A stretch of 64,000 nt of DNA from a bacterium (GTDB lineage Bacteria; Bacillota_I; Bacilli_A; RF39; UBA660), in NCBI GenBank assembly GCA_963641945.1, contig CAVIDW010000004.1, positions 2,462 through 66,461 of the forward strand, in the 5' to 3' direction. Made by a program: the position numbers and the translations under genes. The notes under the pieces were generated by a model, which was not told the DNA's origin, searched no databases, and saw nothing but the letters and a program-made list of their open reading frames with translations. This document shows, in pieces, positions 1 to 10,279 of the stretch. Positions within the stretch are counted from its first letter, which is position 1, and each line of letters opens with the position of its first letter.

Positions 1-1
1 A

Positions 2-370
2 AACAAAGATTATAAACTAGAAAATTTATCTTTTAAAACAACTCATGCATACAACATCAATAAAAATTTTCATCCATTTGAAAATAGTTGGGTTGGTTAT
101 ATTTTAAATATAGATAATCATAATATATTTATTCTAGGAGACACCGACAATAATCCAGAGATTAAAAATGTAAAATGTGATATTGCTCTAGTACCAATCG
201 GAGGAACATTTACTATGAATTATATTGAAGCATCAGAATACATCAATAATTTAAAACCTTCTTTAGTAATTCCTACTCATTATGGACTAATAGTTGGTGA
301 TAAAAATGATGGCAAAAAATTTAAAGAACTATTAAATAAAGATATAGAATGCAAAATATTTATAAAATAA
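2..370 (+). CDS. MBL-fold metallo-hydrolase, C-terminal part (5' end lies outside the window)
   Basis: Frame 2 is open from the window edge to TAA at 368-370. The translation (...NIFILGDTDNNPE...LVIPTHYGLIVG...) resembles the C-terminal half of MBL-fold hydrolases. Confidence 0.5.
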   Translation, partial: NKDYKLENLSFKTTHAYNINKNFHPFENSWVGYILNIDNHNIFILGDTDNNPEIKNVKCDIALVPIGGTFTMNYIEASEYINNLKPSLVIPTHYGLIVGDKNDGKKFKELLNKDIECKIFIK

Positions 371-436
371 TGTGGATTATTGTGGAAAATAGAAAGTATT
401 TTATTTATATGAATATGCTATAATATCAATAAGGAT

Positions 437-1804
437 GTGAATAAAATGTTTAAATATGAAAGCGATTCAAGAAAAGTTCAAAAAGGACAAACATTCATAG
501 CTCTAAAAGGCTTAACTGTTGATGGTCATGACTTTATTAAAAAAGCTATAGAAAATGGTGCTACAAAAATAATATGCGAAAAAGATATAGACTTTAATAT
601 TCCTTATGAAAAAGTAGAAAATACTGATTCATATTTAAGAGAATTATTAAAAAAAGATTATGGAAAATATATTGATAAATTAAAATTAATCGGAGTTACT
701 GGTACTAACGGTAAAACAACAAGTTGTTTTTTAACATATCAAATGCTAAATAATTTAGGTATTGATACAGCATATATTGGAACAATTGGTTATTATCATA
801 AAAATGATTTTATTGAATTAAATAACACTACTCCAGATGTATTAACAGTTTATAAATTACTTTATCATGCATATGAAAGTGGATGTAAAGCTGTTGTAAT
901 GGAAGTAAGCAGTCAAGCATTATCTTATGATAGATTAACAGGTATTAATTACTCTATCATATCATTTACCAATTTAACTGAAGATCATTTAGATTATCAC
1001 AAAACAATGGAAAATTATTTAAATGCAAAATTAATGATTTTAGATCATTTAACAAAAGATGCAATTATTACTACAAATTCAGATGATAAAGTTTACAAAA
1101 AATTTAAAAAAGAAAATCACAAATTTCTAACATATGGATTTAATGGTGACTATAAAATAATTAATTTTGAAACCCTTCCTAGTGAAACAAATTTATCATT
1201 TAGTTTTAATGATAAAATTTATGGATGTACAATCCCATTAACAAGTAAATTTAATGTTTACAACTATTTAACAATGTTAAGTATTGTAAACCAATATGGA
1301 ATAGATATAGATGACATACTAAAAGAAACTTCAAAATTAAAAGCACCTAAAGGAAGATGCGAGGTATATAAAATTAATGAAGGCACTGCAGTTGTTGATT
1401 ATGCACATACTCCAGATGCAGTTGAAAAAGTTATTACAGCTTACAACGAATTAAAAAAAGGAAAAATAATCACAATAGTTGGTTGTGGTGGAGATAGAGA
1501 CCCTAAAAAAAGACCAATCATGGGTGAAATTGCTACAAGGTTAAGTGATTATGTAATATTTACAAGTGACAATCCAAGAACAGAAGATCCAAATAAAATA
1601 TTAGAAGGCATAATAGTTGGTGTTAAAAAAGATAATTACGAAATAATAGAAAATAGAAAAGAAGCTATAAAACATGGTCTTGATATAATGAAAAAAAATG
1701 ACATACTTTTAGTTTTAGGAAAAGGACATGAAAACTATCAAATAATTGGAAAAGAAAAAATACATTTAGATGACAGTGAAGAGATATTAAATTATAAAAA
1801 ATAA
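437..1804 (+). CDS. murE: UDP-N-acetylmuramoyl-L-alanyl-D-glutamate--2,6-diaminopimelate ligase (MurE)
   Basis: 455 aa. Mur ligase P-loop GVTGTNGKTT. C-terminal DNPR motif (FTSDNPRTEDP) is typical of meso-DAP-adding MurE. The GTG at 437 or the ATG at 446 could be the start. Confidence 0.9.
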   Translation: MNKMFKYESDSRKVQKGQTFIALKGLTVDGHDFIKKAIENGATKIICEKDIDFNIPYEKVENTDSYLRELLKKDYGKYIDKLKLIGVTGTNGKTTSCFLTYQMLNNLGIDTAYIGTIGYYHKNDFIELNNTTPDVLTVYKLLYHAYESGCKAVVMEVSSQALSYDRLTGINYSIISFTNLTEDHLDYHKTMENYLNAKLMILDHLTKDAIITTNSDDKVYKKFKKENHKFLTYGFNGDYKIINFETLPSETNLSFSFNDKIYGCTIPLTSKFNVYNYLTMLSIVNQYGIDIDDILKETSKLKAPKGRCEVYKINEGTAVVDYAHTPDAVEKVITAYNELKKGKIITIVGCGGDRDPKKRPIMGEIATRLSDYVIFTSDNPRTEDPNKILEGIIVGVKKDNYEIIENRKEAIKHGLDIMKKNDILLVLGKGHENYQIIGKEKIHLDDSEEILNYKK

Positions 1805-1863
1805 ATTTCAATTTAAAATTTATTTTTATCTCCTATTTTATATCTTATACTTTAAATAATAAT

Positions 1864-2699
1864 ATGAAGGTAAAATTGAAAAACAAAATTATTGAATATA
1901 TATCAGCTGTATTAATAATTATAGTTCTTCTCTTCTTTTGTATTCAACCAAAAGAATCAAAAGCAAACAGCGGACGGGATACGAGCTATAGTGGTGGTAG
2001 TGGTGGAAGCAGTCATAGTGGATCCAACAGTGGAGGAAAAGATTTTTACCAAATTCCATCTTATATTTTTTTCAACTATAGGTACAGGCATAGTATTATA
2101 TTACGTTATTTTAGGGTCATTACCAAATCCAAATGACAAATCAGTTTCAGAAGAAGAAATTAAAAAAAATATTTCTGATTTTAACAAACAACGTTTCTTA
2201 AATGATGCATATCAAACATATTTAAATGTTCAAAAATCATGGAGTAATTTTGACACTGATTCGCTAAGAAAAATGTTGTCAGATGAATTATACAACACAT
2301 ACAATTCACAATTAAAAGTGTTAAAAGCAAAAAAACAAAAAAATATTATATCAAACTTTATAATGGATAGAATTGATATTAATAATGTTAATGTTGAAGG
2401 CGAAAAAATTACATTAACATGTATTTTAAAAGTTGAATTTTATGATTATATAGTCGATAGTGATGAAAAAATTGTTAGAGGTACCAACGAGAAGAAATTA
2501 TTTGTAAAATATAAATTAACATTTATTAGTACAATAAAACAAAAAAGAAACAGAAAAATGTCCAAATTGTGGAGCACCAGTAAAAAGTAATGTTTCAAAC
2601 AAATGTGAATATTGTGGAACCACATTAGTTAAAAATACATACGATTGGATACTTGCTAAAAAAGAAAATTTATATCAATTTACAAAAGATAATAAATAA
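1864..2699 (+). pseudogene. Tim44-like domain / C-terminal zinc-ribbon membrane protein, paralog 1, disrupted by two frameshifts
   Basis: Three consecutive frames (1864-2136, 1991-2590, about 2547-2699) together reproduce the architecture of the paralogs at 3449 and 4418. Those elements are a signal peptide, a Ser/Gly-rich tract, a TM segment, FLNDAYQTYLNVQK..., and CPNCGAP...CEYCG. The frame changes coincide with a T7 run (2066-2072) and an A6 run (2541-2546). Confidence 0.75.
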
Positions 2700-2825
2700 G
2701 ATTTAAAAAGATTTTTCATTATGATATAATAACAAAAAATATAAAGAAATCAAAATTTTTAACTTGAAGTCTTTATGTTTAACATTATACGTGATATACT
2801 TAAAATATAAATATAGAGGTGAAAT

Positions 2826-3362
2826 ATGTTAGAAGAAATAGCAAAATATGACAAAGATTTTTCAGAAGGAACATTTTTAACTAAAGTAGATCATATATTC
2901 ATAATGATACTAGATGCAATTATGGAAAATGACATGAGCAATGTTAAACATTTTTTAAATGAAGATATTTATTTAAAATATGAAGAGTTAATTAAAGAAT
3001 ATAGCAGCAAAGGCTACACAAGAATATTTGATGAAATGAATGTAAAATCAACGCATATAAGTGGATACAATGTCAATGAAGAAAATATAAATGTTGATAT
3101 AATATTGACATCAAGATATATGGATTACTTTTTAGATAGTAATGGAGAATATGTTAGTGGAGAAAACACAAAAAGAATTGAAAAAAATCATTACATTACA
3201 TTTACAAAAAAAATTAATGCCGAAAAATATAATGAAATAAGAAGATGCCCAGGCTGTGGAGCAAGCATAGACATTAATAATAATGGAAGATGCAAATATT
3301 GTGGAACAACTTTTAATGCAAAAGATTATGATTATATAATAACAAAAATGGAAATATTATAA
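2826..3362 (+). CDS. Tim44-like domain protein with C-terminal zinc ribbon (soluble paralog, no signal peptide or TM)
   Basis: 178 aa. Its layout is colinear with the C-terminal halves of the neighbouring paralogs. It ends with CPGCGAS...CKYCGTTF. RBS agaggtg lies upstream. Confidence 0.6.
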   Translation: MLEEIAKYDKDFSEGTFLTKVDHIFIMILDAIMENDMSNVKHFLNEDIYLKYEELIKEYSSKGYTRIFDEMNVKSTHISGYNVNEENINVDIILTSRYMDYFLDSNGEYVSGENTKRIEKNHYITFTKKINAEKYNEIRRCPGCGASIDINNNGRCKYCGTTFNAKDYDYIITKMEIL

Positions 3363-3448
3363 AAATTCTTAATGAATTTTTTATGACATAAATATTTTTA
3401 TTTTTAAACTAATATGATATACTTTAATCAACAAAATATGGAGGTAAA

Positions 3449-4336
3449 ATGAAAAACAAAATTATTAAATATTTATCTATTATGATTATACTTTTTACTT
3501 GTTTCATTTATTGTATCAAACAAAACGAAATAAAAGCAGATAGTGGTTGGGATACAAGTTATGATTCAGGAGATAGTTGGAGCAGCGGAAGTAGTAGTTG
3601 GGATAGTGGAAGCAGTAGTTGGGATTTGGATTCAAGTAGTAACAGTTATCATAGTTCTAGTTCAAGTAGTGAAGGATCATTTGGAATTTTTTTTATCTTT
3701 TTTGTTATTGTGATAATAGTAATTTTATTTAGTAAAAAATCAACGAATTATACATCAAGCAGAGTTAACACTTCATTAAACTTTGATTCAATTTCAGAAG
3801 AAGAAATCAAGAAAATAATTCCTGACTTCAATAAACAACGTTTCTTAAACGATGCATATCAAACTTATTTAAATGTTCAAAAAGCATGGAGTAATTTTGA
3901 TACTAAAGCCTTAAGAAATATGTTATCAGATGAATTATATAATACATATAATTCTCAATTAAAAGTATTAAAAGCTAAAAAGCAAAAGAATGTTATGTCA
4001 GATTTTGTAATGGAAAGTATTGATATTAATTCAATCAATCTTGAAGGTGAAAAAGTTACATTATCATGTATTTTAAGAGTTAACTTCTATGACTATATAG
4101 TAGATAGTGAAGAAAAAATTGTTAGAGGAACTAATACCAAAAAAGTTGATATTACATATGAATTAACATTTGTAAGTACAATAACTCATAAAGAAGTTAA
4201 AAATTGTCCAAGTTGTGGAGCACCAATAACAGGAAAAGCTGCTGATAAGTGTGAATATTGTGGAAGTACATTAGTTAAAAATACATACGATTGGGTACTT
4301 GCTAAAAAAGAAAACAAACATCAACAATTTAAATAA
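3449..4336 (+). CDS. Tim44-like domain / zinc-ribbon membrane protein, paralog 3
   Basis: 295 aa. It has a signal-like N-terminus, the conserved ADSGWDTSYDSG, a Ser/Trp/Gly low-complexity tract and a TM segment. These are followed by a Tim44-like pattern (FNKQRFLNDAYQTYLNVQKAWSNFD) and CPSCGAP...CEYCG. Confidence 0.7.
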   Translation: MKNKIIKYLSIMIILFTCFIYCIKQNEIKADSGWDTSYDSGDSWSSGSSSWDSGSSSWDLDSSSNSYHSSSSSSEGSFGIFFIFFVIVIIVILFSKKSTNYTSSRVNTSLNFDSISEEEIKKIIPDFNKQRFLNDAYQTYLNVQKAWSNFDTKALRNMLSDELYNTYNSQLKVLKAKKQKNVMSDFVMESIDINSINLEGEKVTLSCILRVNFYDYIVDSEEKIVRGTNTKKVDITYELTFVSTITHKEVKNCPSCGAPITGKAADKCEYCGSTLVKNTYDWVLAKKENKHQQFK

Positions 4337-4342
4337 AATAAG

Positions 4343-4365
4343 AAATCTCAAAAAGAGATTTTTTA
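4343..4365 (+). terminator. Intrinsic terminator after paralog 3
   Basis: aatctc-aaaaa-gagatt hairpin followed by a T-run. Confidence 0.55.
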
Positions 4366-4417
4366 TTTATATTATTTTAAAAATATGTTATACTTTATCT
4401 ATAATATAGAGGTAAAT

Positions 4418-5311
4418 ATGAAAAATAAAATTATCAAATGCATATTAATACTCTTCACATGCTTCTTCTATTGTATAGGACAAAATGCAATAAAAGCAGA
4501 CAGTGGTTGGGATACAAGTTATGATCCAGGAGGTTCAAGTGGTGGATGGAGTTCAAATGGTGGTTGGAACTCAAATGGCAATGGTGGTTCCGGATTCTTT
4601 GGTGAACTTATAAGAAACAGCGAATGGCTTCAATCAGGCTTAACAGATGACAAAGGCATAATATTATTAATTATATTCATAGTAATAGTGATATTTGCAA
4701 TCATATATAATAAAAAGATTGATAAGAAAAAAAACACAAAAATAATACCAAAAAAATATAATTCAGTTAGTGAAGAAGAAATCAAAAAAATAATTCCAGA
4801 TTTTAATAAACAACGTTTTTTAAATGATGCTTATCAAAAATATATAGACATTCAAAAAGCATATAGTAATTTTGATAGTGATGCATTAAAAAAATTATTG
4901 TCAGAAGAACTTTATCAAAAATATAATCCTAAATTAAAAGCAATAAAATCTAAAAAAGAAAAAAATATTTTATCAGATTTTGTATTAGATAACATTGATA
5001 TAAATTCAATTAAACTTAAAGACAATGTAATCACTTTAACGTGTATTTTAAAAGTTAACTTCTTTGATTATATAATTGATAAGAATGAAAGAATCATTGA
5101 AGGGTCAAACACTAAAAAGATTGATGCAATATATAAATTAGCATTTACAAGTTCAATTAATCAAAAAGAAACTAAAAATTGCACGAATTGTGGAGCTTCA
5201 GTAAAAGTTAAAACGGCTAACTACTGTGAAAATTGTGGAAGTAAGTTAATTAAAAATTCATATAATTGGTTACTTGATAAAAAAGAAGAATTGTATAAGC
5301 AACTTAAATAA
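4418..5311 (+). CDS. Tim44-like domain / zinc-ribbon membrane protein, paralog 4
   Basis: The ATG at 4418 is preceded by the RBS agaggt (the ORF track starts earlier, at 4385). It shows the same architecture: ADSGWDTSYDPGG, a Gly/Ser/Trp/Asn tract, a TM segment, a Tim44-like region, and CTNCGAS...CENCG. Confidence 0.7.
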   Translation: MKNKIIKCILILFTCFFYCIGQNAIKADSGWDTSYDPGGSSGGWSSNGGWNSNGNGGSGFFGELIRNSEWLQSGLTDDKGIILLIIFIVIVIFAIIYNKKIDKKKNTKIIPKKYNSVSEEEIKKIIPDFNKQRFLNDAYQKYIDIQKAYSNFDSDALKKLLSEELYQKYNPKLKAIKSKKEKNILSDFVLDNIDINSIKLKDNVITLTCILKVNFFDYIIDKNERIIEGSNTKKIDAIYKLAFTSSINQKETKNCTNCGASVKVKTANYCENCGSKLIKNSYNWLLDKKEELYKQLK

Positions 5312-5330
5312 ATAAAATAGAACTTCAAAA

Positions 5331-6772
5331 TTGATATGAACCCCGTTTCTTGGACAAAATAGAAACGAGGTTTTTATATGTCAAAATTAACTTATGATGA
5401 TAAAATAAATATTTATCAAGAAAGAAAGCAAGGAAACACAATAAATAATATTTCAAAAAAATATGGTGTAAAAAAACCTGTAATAAAATATCTAATTAGA
5501 TTGATAGATAAACATGGCTATGGTATTCTAAGAACAAGTAAAAATAGAAGTTTTACTTCTTATAAGAAAGAGCAAATCATTAATAGAGCTTTAATAAATA
5601 ATGAACCAGCAAGTTTTGTATCAGTAGATGAAGGTTTACTTAGTAATGGAATATTGTTTAATTGGATTAGACAATATAAAGAAAATTGTTATAATATAGT
5701 TGAACGAAAGCGAGGACGGTCAGCTATGCCTAAAGTTACAAAAGAAAAAGAAAATGAAACTGATAAAGAAAAGATAAAATGATTAGAAGAATAAAATTTA
5801 TATTAAAGAACGGAACTTGAATACTCAAAAAAATTGAGAGCCGTTGTTCAAGCAATGAAGAATCAACAACAGAAGAAAAAGTAAATGTTGTTAATGAACT
5901 TCGGCTAAAATATCCATTAATGATTCTTCTAAAAGTATCTGGTTTAGCCAAATCAGTATATTACTATACTTTATCTAAAAAAGATAAAGATATTAAAAAT
6001 AAGGAAATTATAGACAAAATAAAAGAAATATTTATTAAAAATAAAGAAAGATATGATTATCGTAGAATTACATTAGAACTTAGAAATCGAGGCTACAATA
6101 TAAATCGTAAAAAAGTTTATAGATTAATGGTTAAATTTAGCTTAAAACCATTAAAAAAAACAAAAGAAAATATTCTTCTTACAAAGGTACCATTGGAAAA
6201 ATTGCTAATAATTTAATAAAACGTAATTTTGTTGCTGATAAACCCAACAAAAAATGGTATACAGATGTAACTGAATTTAATCTTCGTGGAGAAAAATGTT
6301 ATTTATCACCAATATTAGATGGATTTAATGGCGAGGTAGTATCTTACAATACTTCTAAATCACCAAATCTAGAACAAATAAATAATATGTTGAACAAAGC
6401 CTTTGATAAATATAATAATCTTGATGGATTAATATTTCATTCAGATCAGGGATGGCAATATCAACACCAATCTTATCAGCAAAGACTAAAAAATAAAGGT
6501 ATAAAACAAAGTATGTCCAGAAAAGGAAATAGTATGGATAATGGAATGATGGAAAACTTTTTTGGACTACTTAAAACTGAAATGTTTTATGATCAAGAAG
6601 ATAACTATAAAACACTAGATGAATTAATTTTAGCTATAGATGACTATATTAATTATTATAATTATGATAGAATTAAAGAAAAATTAAAAGGATTGTCCCC
6701 TGTAAATTACAGGTTACAATCCCTTAACTAGAAACTATTTATAAACTGTCCAACTTTTGGGGTTCAGTTCAA
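5331..6772 (+). mobile_element. IS3-family (IS150-like) insertion sequence, decayed copy
   Basis: Imperfect terminal inverted repeats: ttgatatgaaccccgtttcttggaca at 5331 and tgtccaacttttggggttcagttcaa ending at 6772. Between them lie a HTH orfA and DDE-type orfB fragments. Length is about 1.44 kb. Confidence 0.8.
5378..6731 (+). pseudogene. IS3-family transposase orfA/orfB with in-frame stops and frameshifts
   Basis: orfA (5378-5782) stops prematurely at a TGA, and further stops follow before the AAAAAG run at 5876-5881. orfB is split into 5920-6216, an unlisted piece of about 6217-6386 (ADKPNKKWYTDVTEF...) and 6387-6731 (HSDQGWQY...MDNGMMENFF...). Confidence 0.8.
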
Positions 6773-6792
6773 AAATGTTCTTTTAATATACA

Positions 6793-9141
6793 TTAATCTT
6801 CCCATTTCCAATTTTTAATTTCAGGCATATCTTCACCATATTCATGAATATATTCTTTATGTTCAATTAATTTATTTTTACACCACTCATTTAATGAAGT
6901 TCTCTTATCGCCTAACTCAGGTAAATATCTTAAGGCATCCATAACTAAATTAAATCTATCCAATTTATTTTGAACTTTCATATCAAAAGTTGTAGTAATA
7001 GTTCCTTCTTCTAAATATCCATGAACGTGTAAATTTTTATTAGTTCTCTTATATGCTAATTGATGAATTAAATGTGGATATCCATGAAACGCAAATATAA
7101 TTGGTTTATCTTTAGTAAATATACTATCATACTCCGCCTCATCAAGTCCATGTGGATGATTTTCGTTACTCTCTAGTTTCATTAAATCAATCACATTAAC
7201 TACTCTAATTTTTAATTCAGGGAAATTTTCTCTTAATATCTTAACAGCAGCTAAAGTTTCTATTGTTGGAGTTTCACCTGCACAAGCCATTACTAAATCA
7301 GGAGTATTTCCATCATCATTACTAGCAAATTTCCAAATGCCTAAACCTTTAGTACAATGTTTAATTGCTTCATCCATAGTTAACCATTGTGGTCTTGGAT
7401 GTTTAGAAGCAACAATTACATTAATATAATTTTTAGTTCTAATACAATGATCAAAACATGAAATTAAAGTATTAGTATCAGGTGGTAAATATATTCTAAC
7501 AGTATCAGCTTTTTTAGTTACTAAATGATTTAAGAATCCGGGATCTTGATGTGTAAATCCATTATGATCTTGTTGCCATACATATGAAGCTAAAATGTAA
7601 TTCAAAGATGCAATATCTTGTCTCCATGGTAATTCTCTACAAACTTTTAACCATTTAGCATGTTGAGAAGCCATAGAATCAACTATTCTAATAAATGCTT
7701 CATAACTATGAAAGAATCCATGTCTACCTGTTAACAAATATCCTTCTAACATTCCTTCACAAGCATGTTCGGATAAAACTGAATCAATTACTCTACCAGA
7801 ATGACTTAAGAATTCATCAGTATTATAAGTAATTCCATTCCATTGTCTATTAGTTACTTCAAATACATGATTTAATCTATTAGATAAAGCTTCATCAGGA
7901 CCAAATATTCTAAAATTCTTTTTATCTTCATTTAATTTTACAATATCTCTTACAAATCTACCTAACTCCATCATATCTTGAGTTACAACTTCACCAGGTT
8001 TCTTTATATCAATAGCATAATCTCTAAAGTCAGGAATATTTAATTCTTCTAATAACTTTCCACCATTAGCATGAGGATTCATACCCATTCTATAATTTCC
8101 AGTAGGAGCCATAGCTCTTAATTCTTTCCTTAATTTACCCTTTTCATCAAATAACTCTTCAGGTTTGTAACTTCTAAGCCAGGCTTCTAAAACTTTTACA
8201 TTTTCTGGATGATTTTTATCAACTAAAATTGGTACTTGATGAGATCTAAATGAACCTTCAATTTGTTTTTTATCAACCATTTTAGGACCAGTCCATCCTT
8301 TAGGTGTTTTAAGAATTATCATTGGAAATTTAGCTCTTTTATTTAATTTAGATTTTGACTTAATTTCTTTAATTTGAGCTATACATCTATCCAATGTTTT
8401 AGCCATCATTTCATGCATTTTAGCAGTAGTTGGAGCTTCAACTATATATGGAACATACCCACATCCTTGAAAATACTTTATTAATTCATCCTTAGGCATC
8501 CTAGCAAATATAGTTGGATTAGCTATTTTATATCCATTCAAATGTAATATAGGTAAAACCACTCCATCAGTTAAAGGATCTATAATTTTATTTAATTGCC
8601 ATGAAGCTGCTAAAGGTCCAGTTTCAGATTCACCATCGCCTACAACACATGCAACTATTAAATTAGGATTATCAAGAACAGCACCATATGAGTGAGCAAG
8701 TGAATAACCAAGTTCTCCTCCTTCATTAATACTACCGGGAGTTTCAGGAGCAACATGAGAAGATATTCCACCTGGGAAACTAAATTGTTTACATAATTTT
8801 TTTAATCCCTCTTCATCCTCAGTAATATTAGGATAAATTTCACTATAACTTCCTTCTAAGTATACATTTGACACTATAGATTGTCCACCATGTCCTGGTC
8901 CGGAAACATAAATCATATCCAATTTATTTTTCTTTATAATTCTATTCAAATGAACATATATAAAATTTTGACCAGGAGCTGTACCCCAGTGACCTACTAC
9001 ATTAGGTTTGATATGATCTAAAGTTAATCTTTCTTTTAATAATGGATTATCCTTTAAATATAATTGAGCAACTGATAAATAATTTGCAGCTCTAAAATAA
9101 GCATCTATATTTTTCAATTCTTTTTCATTTAATGCTTTCAT
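6793..9141 (-). CDS. xfp: Xylulose-5-phosphate/fructose-6-phosphate phosphoketolase
   Basis: 782 aa. Characteristic [18 protein letters not shown] and EGGELGY motifs, with full-length colinearity to phosphoketolases. Confidence 0.95.
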   Translation of the reverse strand: MKALNEKELKNIDAYFRAANYLSVAQLYLKDNPLLKERLTLDHIKPNVVGHWGTAPGQNFIYVHLNRIIKKNKLDMIYVSGPGHGGQSIVSNVYLEGSYSEIYPNITEDEEGLKKLCKQFSFPGGISSHVAPETPGSINEGGELGYSLAHSYGAVLDNPNLIVACVVGDGESETGPLAASWQLNKIIDPLTDGVVLPILHLNGYKIANPTIFARMPKDELIKYFQGCGYVPYIVEAPTTAKMHEMMAKTLDRCIAQIKEIKSKSKLNKRAKFPMIILKTPKGWTGPKMVDKKQIEGSFRSHQVPILVDKNHPENVKVLEAWLRSYKPEELFDEKGKLRKELRAMAPTGNYRMGMNPHANGGKLLEELNIPDFRDYAIDIKKPGEVVTQDMMELGRFVRDIVKLNEDKKNFRIFGPDEALSNRLNHVFEVTNRQWNGITYNTDEFLSHSGRVIDSVLSEHACEGMLEGYLLTGRHGFFHSYEAFIRIVDSMASQHAKWLKVCRELPWRQDIASLNYILASYVWQQDHNGFTHQDPGFLNHLVTKKADTVRIYLPPDTNTLISCFDHCIRTKNYINVIVASKHPRPQWLTMDEAIKHCTKGLGIWKFASNDDGNTPDLVMACAGETPTIETLAAVKILRENFPELKIRVVNVIDLMKLESNENHPHGLDEAEYDSIFTKDKPIIFAFHGYPHLIHQLAYKRTNKNLHVHGYLEEGTITTTFDMKVQNKLDRFNLVMDALRYLPELGDKRTSLNEWCKNKLIEHKEYIHEYGEDMPEIKNWKWED

Positions 9142-9223
9142 AACTCCTCCTCTTTATCCTATAAATATTTTACAATATTTTAAACTAAAAAAAAAGAGTC
9201 TGCAACACTTATTGTTGTAAAGA

Positions 9224-9676
9224 TTATAAAACTCTTTCACATAAATCTTCATATTTACTACCATGAGGATTAATTATAAATTGTCTTGTATTTTCATCAA
9301 TAATCCTAATTCTAATATCAAGCCTATTTTTAGGCAAAATATCCTCAATCAAATCAGACCATTCAATAATACAAATACCCTTCTTAGTAAAATATTCTTC
9401 TATTCCAATATCTTGTTTAACATCACTTAAACGATAAACATCCATATGAAATAATTTCATTTCTCCACCATCATACTCTTTAATAATATTAAATGTTGGA
9501 GATGTAATATTGTCAGTTATCTCTAAAGCTCTAGCAAATGCCTTAGCAAAAACAGTCTTTCCACTTCCAAGATCACCTTCTAAACATATTACCATGTTAG
9601 GAAACTTTTCACTTTCAATATTTTGTGCTAATTCAATTGTCTCTTCTTCTGAATAAGTTGTTATTTTATATTGCAT
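9224..9676 (-). CDS. tsaE: tRNA t6A37 biosynthesis ATPase TsaE (YjeE family)
   Basis: 150 aa. Walker A GDLGSGKTVFAKAFARAL and typical TsaE size. Confidence 0.9.
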   Translation of the reverse strand: MQYKITTYSEEETIELAQNIESEKFPNMVICLEGDLGSGKTVFAKAFARALEITDNITSPTFNIIKEYDGGEMKLFHMDVYRLSDVKQDIGIEEYFTKKGICIIEWSDLIEDILPKNRLDIRIRIIDENTRQFIINPHGSKYEDLCERVL

Positions 9677-9783
9677 TCATATCACCATACTCATTGTAAC
9701 ATTAATAGAAAAATATATACAAGTATTTTTAAACATTTTACACATTTTTAAGAAAATAGTCTATACGGCAAATAACATACTTT

Positions 9784-9791
9784 CATACAAT
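9784..9791 (+). promoter_or_regulatory. Possible mother-cell sigma factor (SigE/SigK-type) -10 element upstream of cotJ genes
   Basis: CATACAAT lies 22 nt upstream of the cotJ ATG and matches the SigE-type -10 consensus CATACAnT. The -35 element is not convincing. Confidence 0.3.
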
Positions 9792-9813
9792 AGTCTAGGA
9801 AGGTGATATAAAT

Positions 9814-10278
9814 ATGTATTTTGATGAGGACAATAATTACTTTATTGATGAAAATGAATTTAACTTTAAAACAGATATAGATTCAAATATAAATATTAAT
9901 GTAGATAGTATTAATTTTAATAGAGATAATACTCTTTATGATCCAAATGAAGGATTTAATAAAGGAAATATGTTTAAGAACTTATATTCTAAATATAAAA
10001 ATTATGTTTACAATTTAAAAGTAAATAATATAAAAGATAGATTACTTTATACAATTCAAATGTATACTTTTGCTCTAAAAGATTTAAATTTATATTTAGA
10101 TGTTTATCCAGAAGATAGAAATATATTAAAAAAATTTCAAGAATATAAAAGAAAACTAGAAGAATATAAAAACAAATATATTAATGAATATGGTCCATTA
10201 TATTCTAATAATGTAAATAGTAGTGACAAGTGGACATGGATAAATAATCCTTGGCCATGGGATAAGGGAGGAAATTAA
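9814..10278 (+). CDS. cotJB: Spore coat protein CotJB, apparently fused to a CotJA-like N-terminal segment
   Basis: The C-terminal half (LLYTIQMYTFALKDLNLYLDVYPEDR) is CotJB-like. The N-terminal YDPNEGFNKGNMFKNLYSKY resembles the CotJA signature. The gene lies directly upstream of cotJC. Confidence 0.7.
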   Translation: MYFDEDNNYFIDENEFNFKTDIDSNININVDSINFNRDNTLYDPNEGFNKGNMFKNLYSKYKNYVYNLKVNNIKDRLLYTIQMYTFALKDLNLYLDVYPEDRNILKKFQEYKRKLEEYKNKYINEYGPLYSNNVNSSDKWTWINNPWPWDKGGN

Positions 10279-10279
10279 T

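Noticed and set aside
371-389. Two tandem DnaA-box-like 9-mers (tgtggatta, tgtggaaaa) upstream of murE, raising the idea of an origin or DnaA-regulated promoter
   Set aside because: Only two boxes are present, each with a mismatch to TGTGNATAA. There is no cluster, no adjacent AT-rich unwinding element beyond background, and no dnaA/dnaN context. Chance occurrence is plausible.
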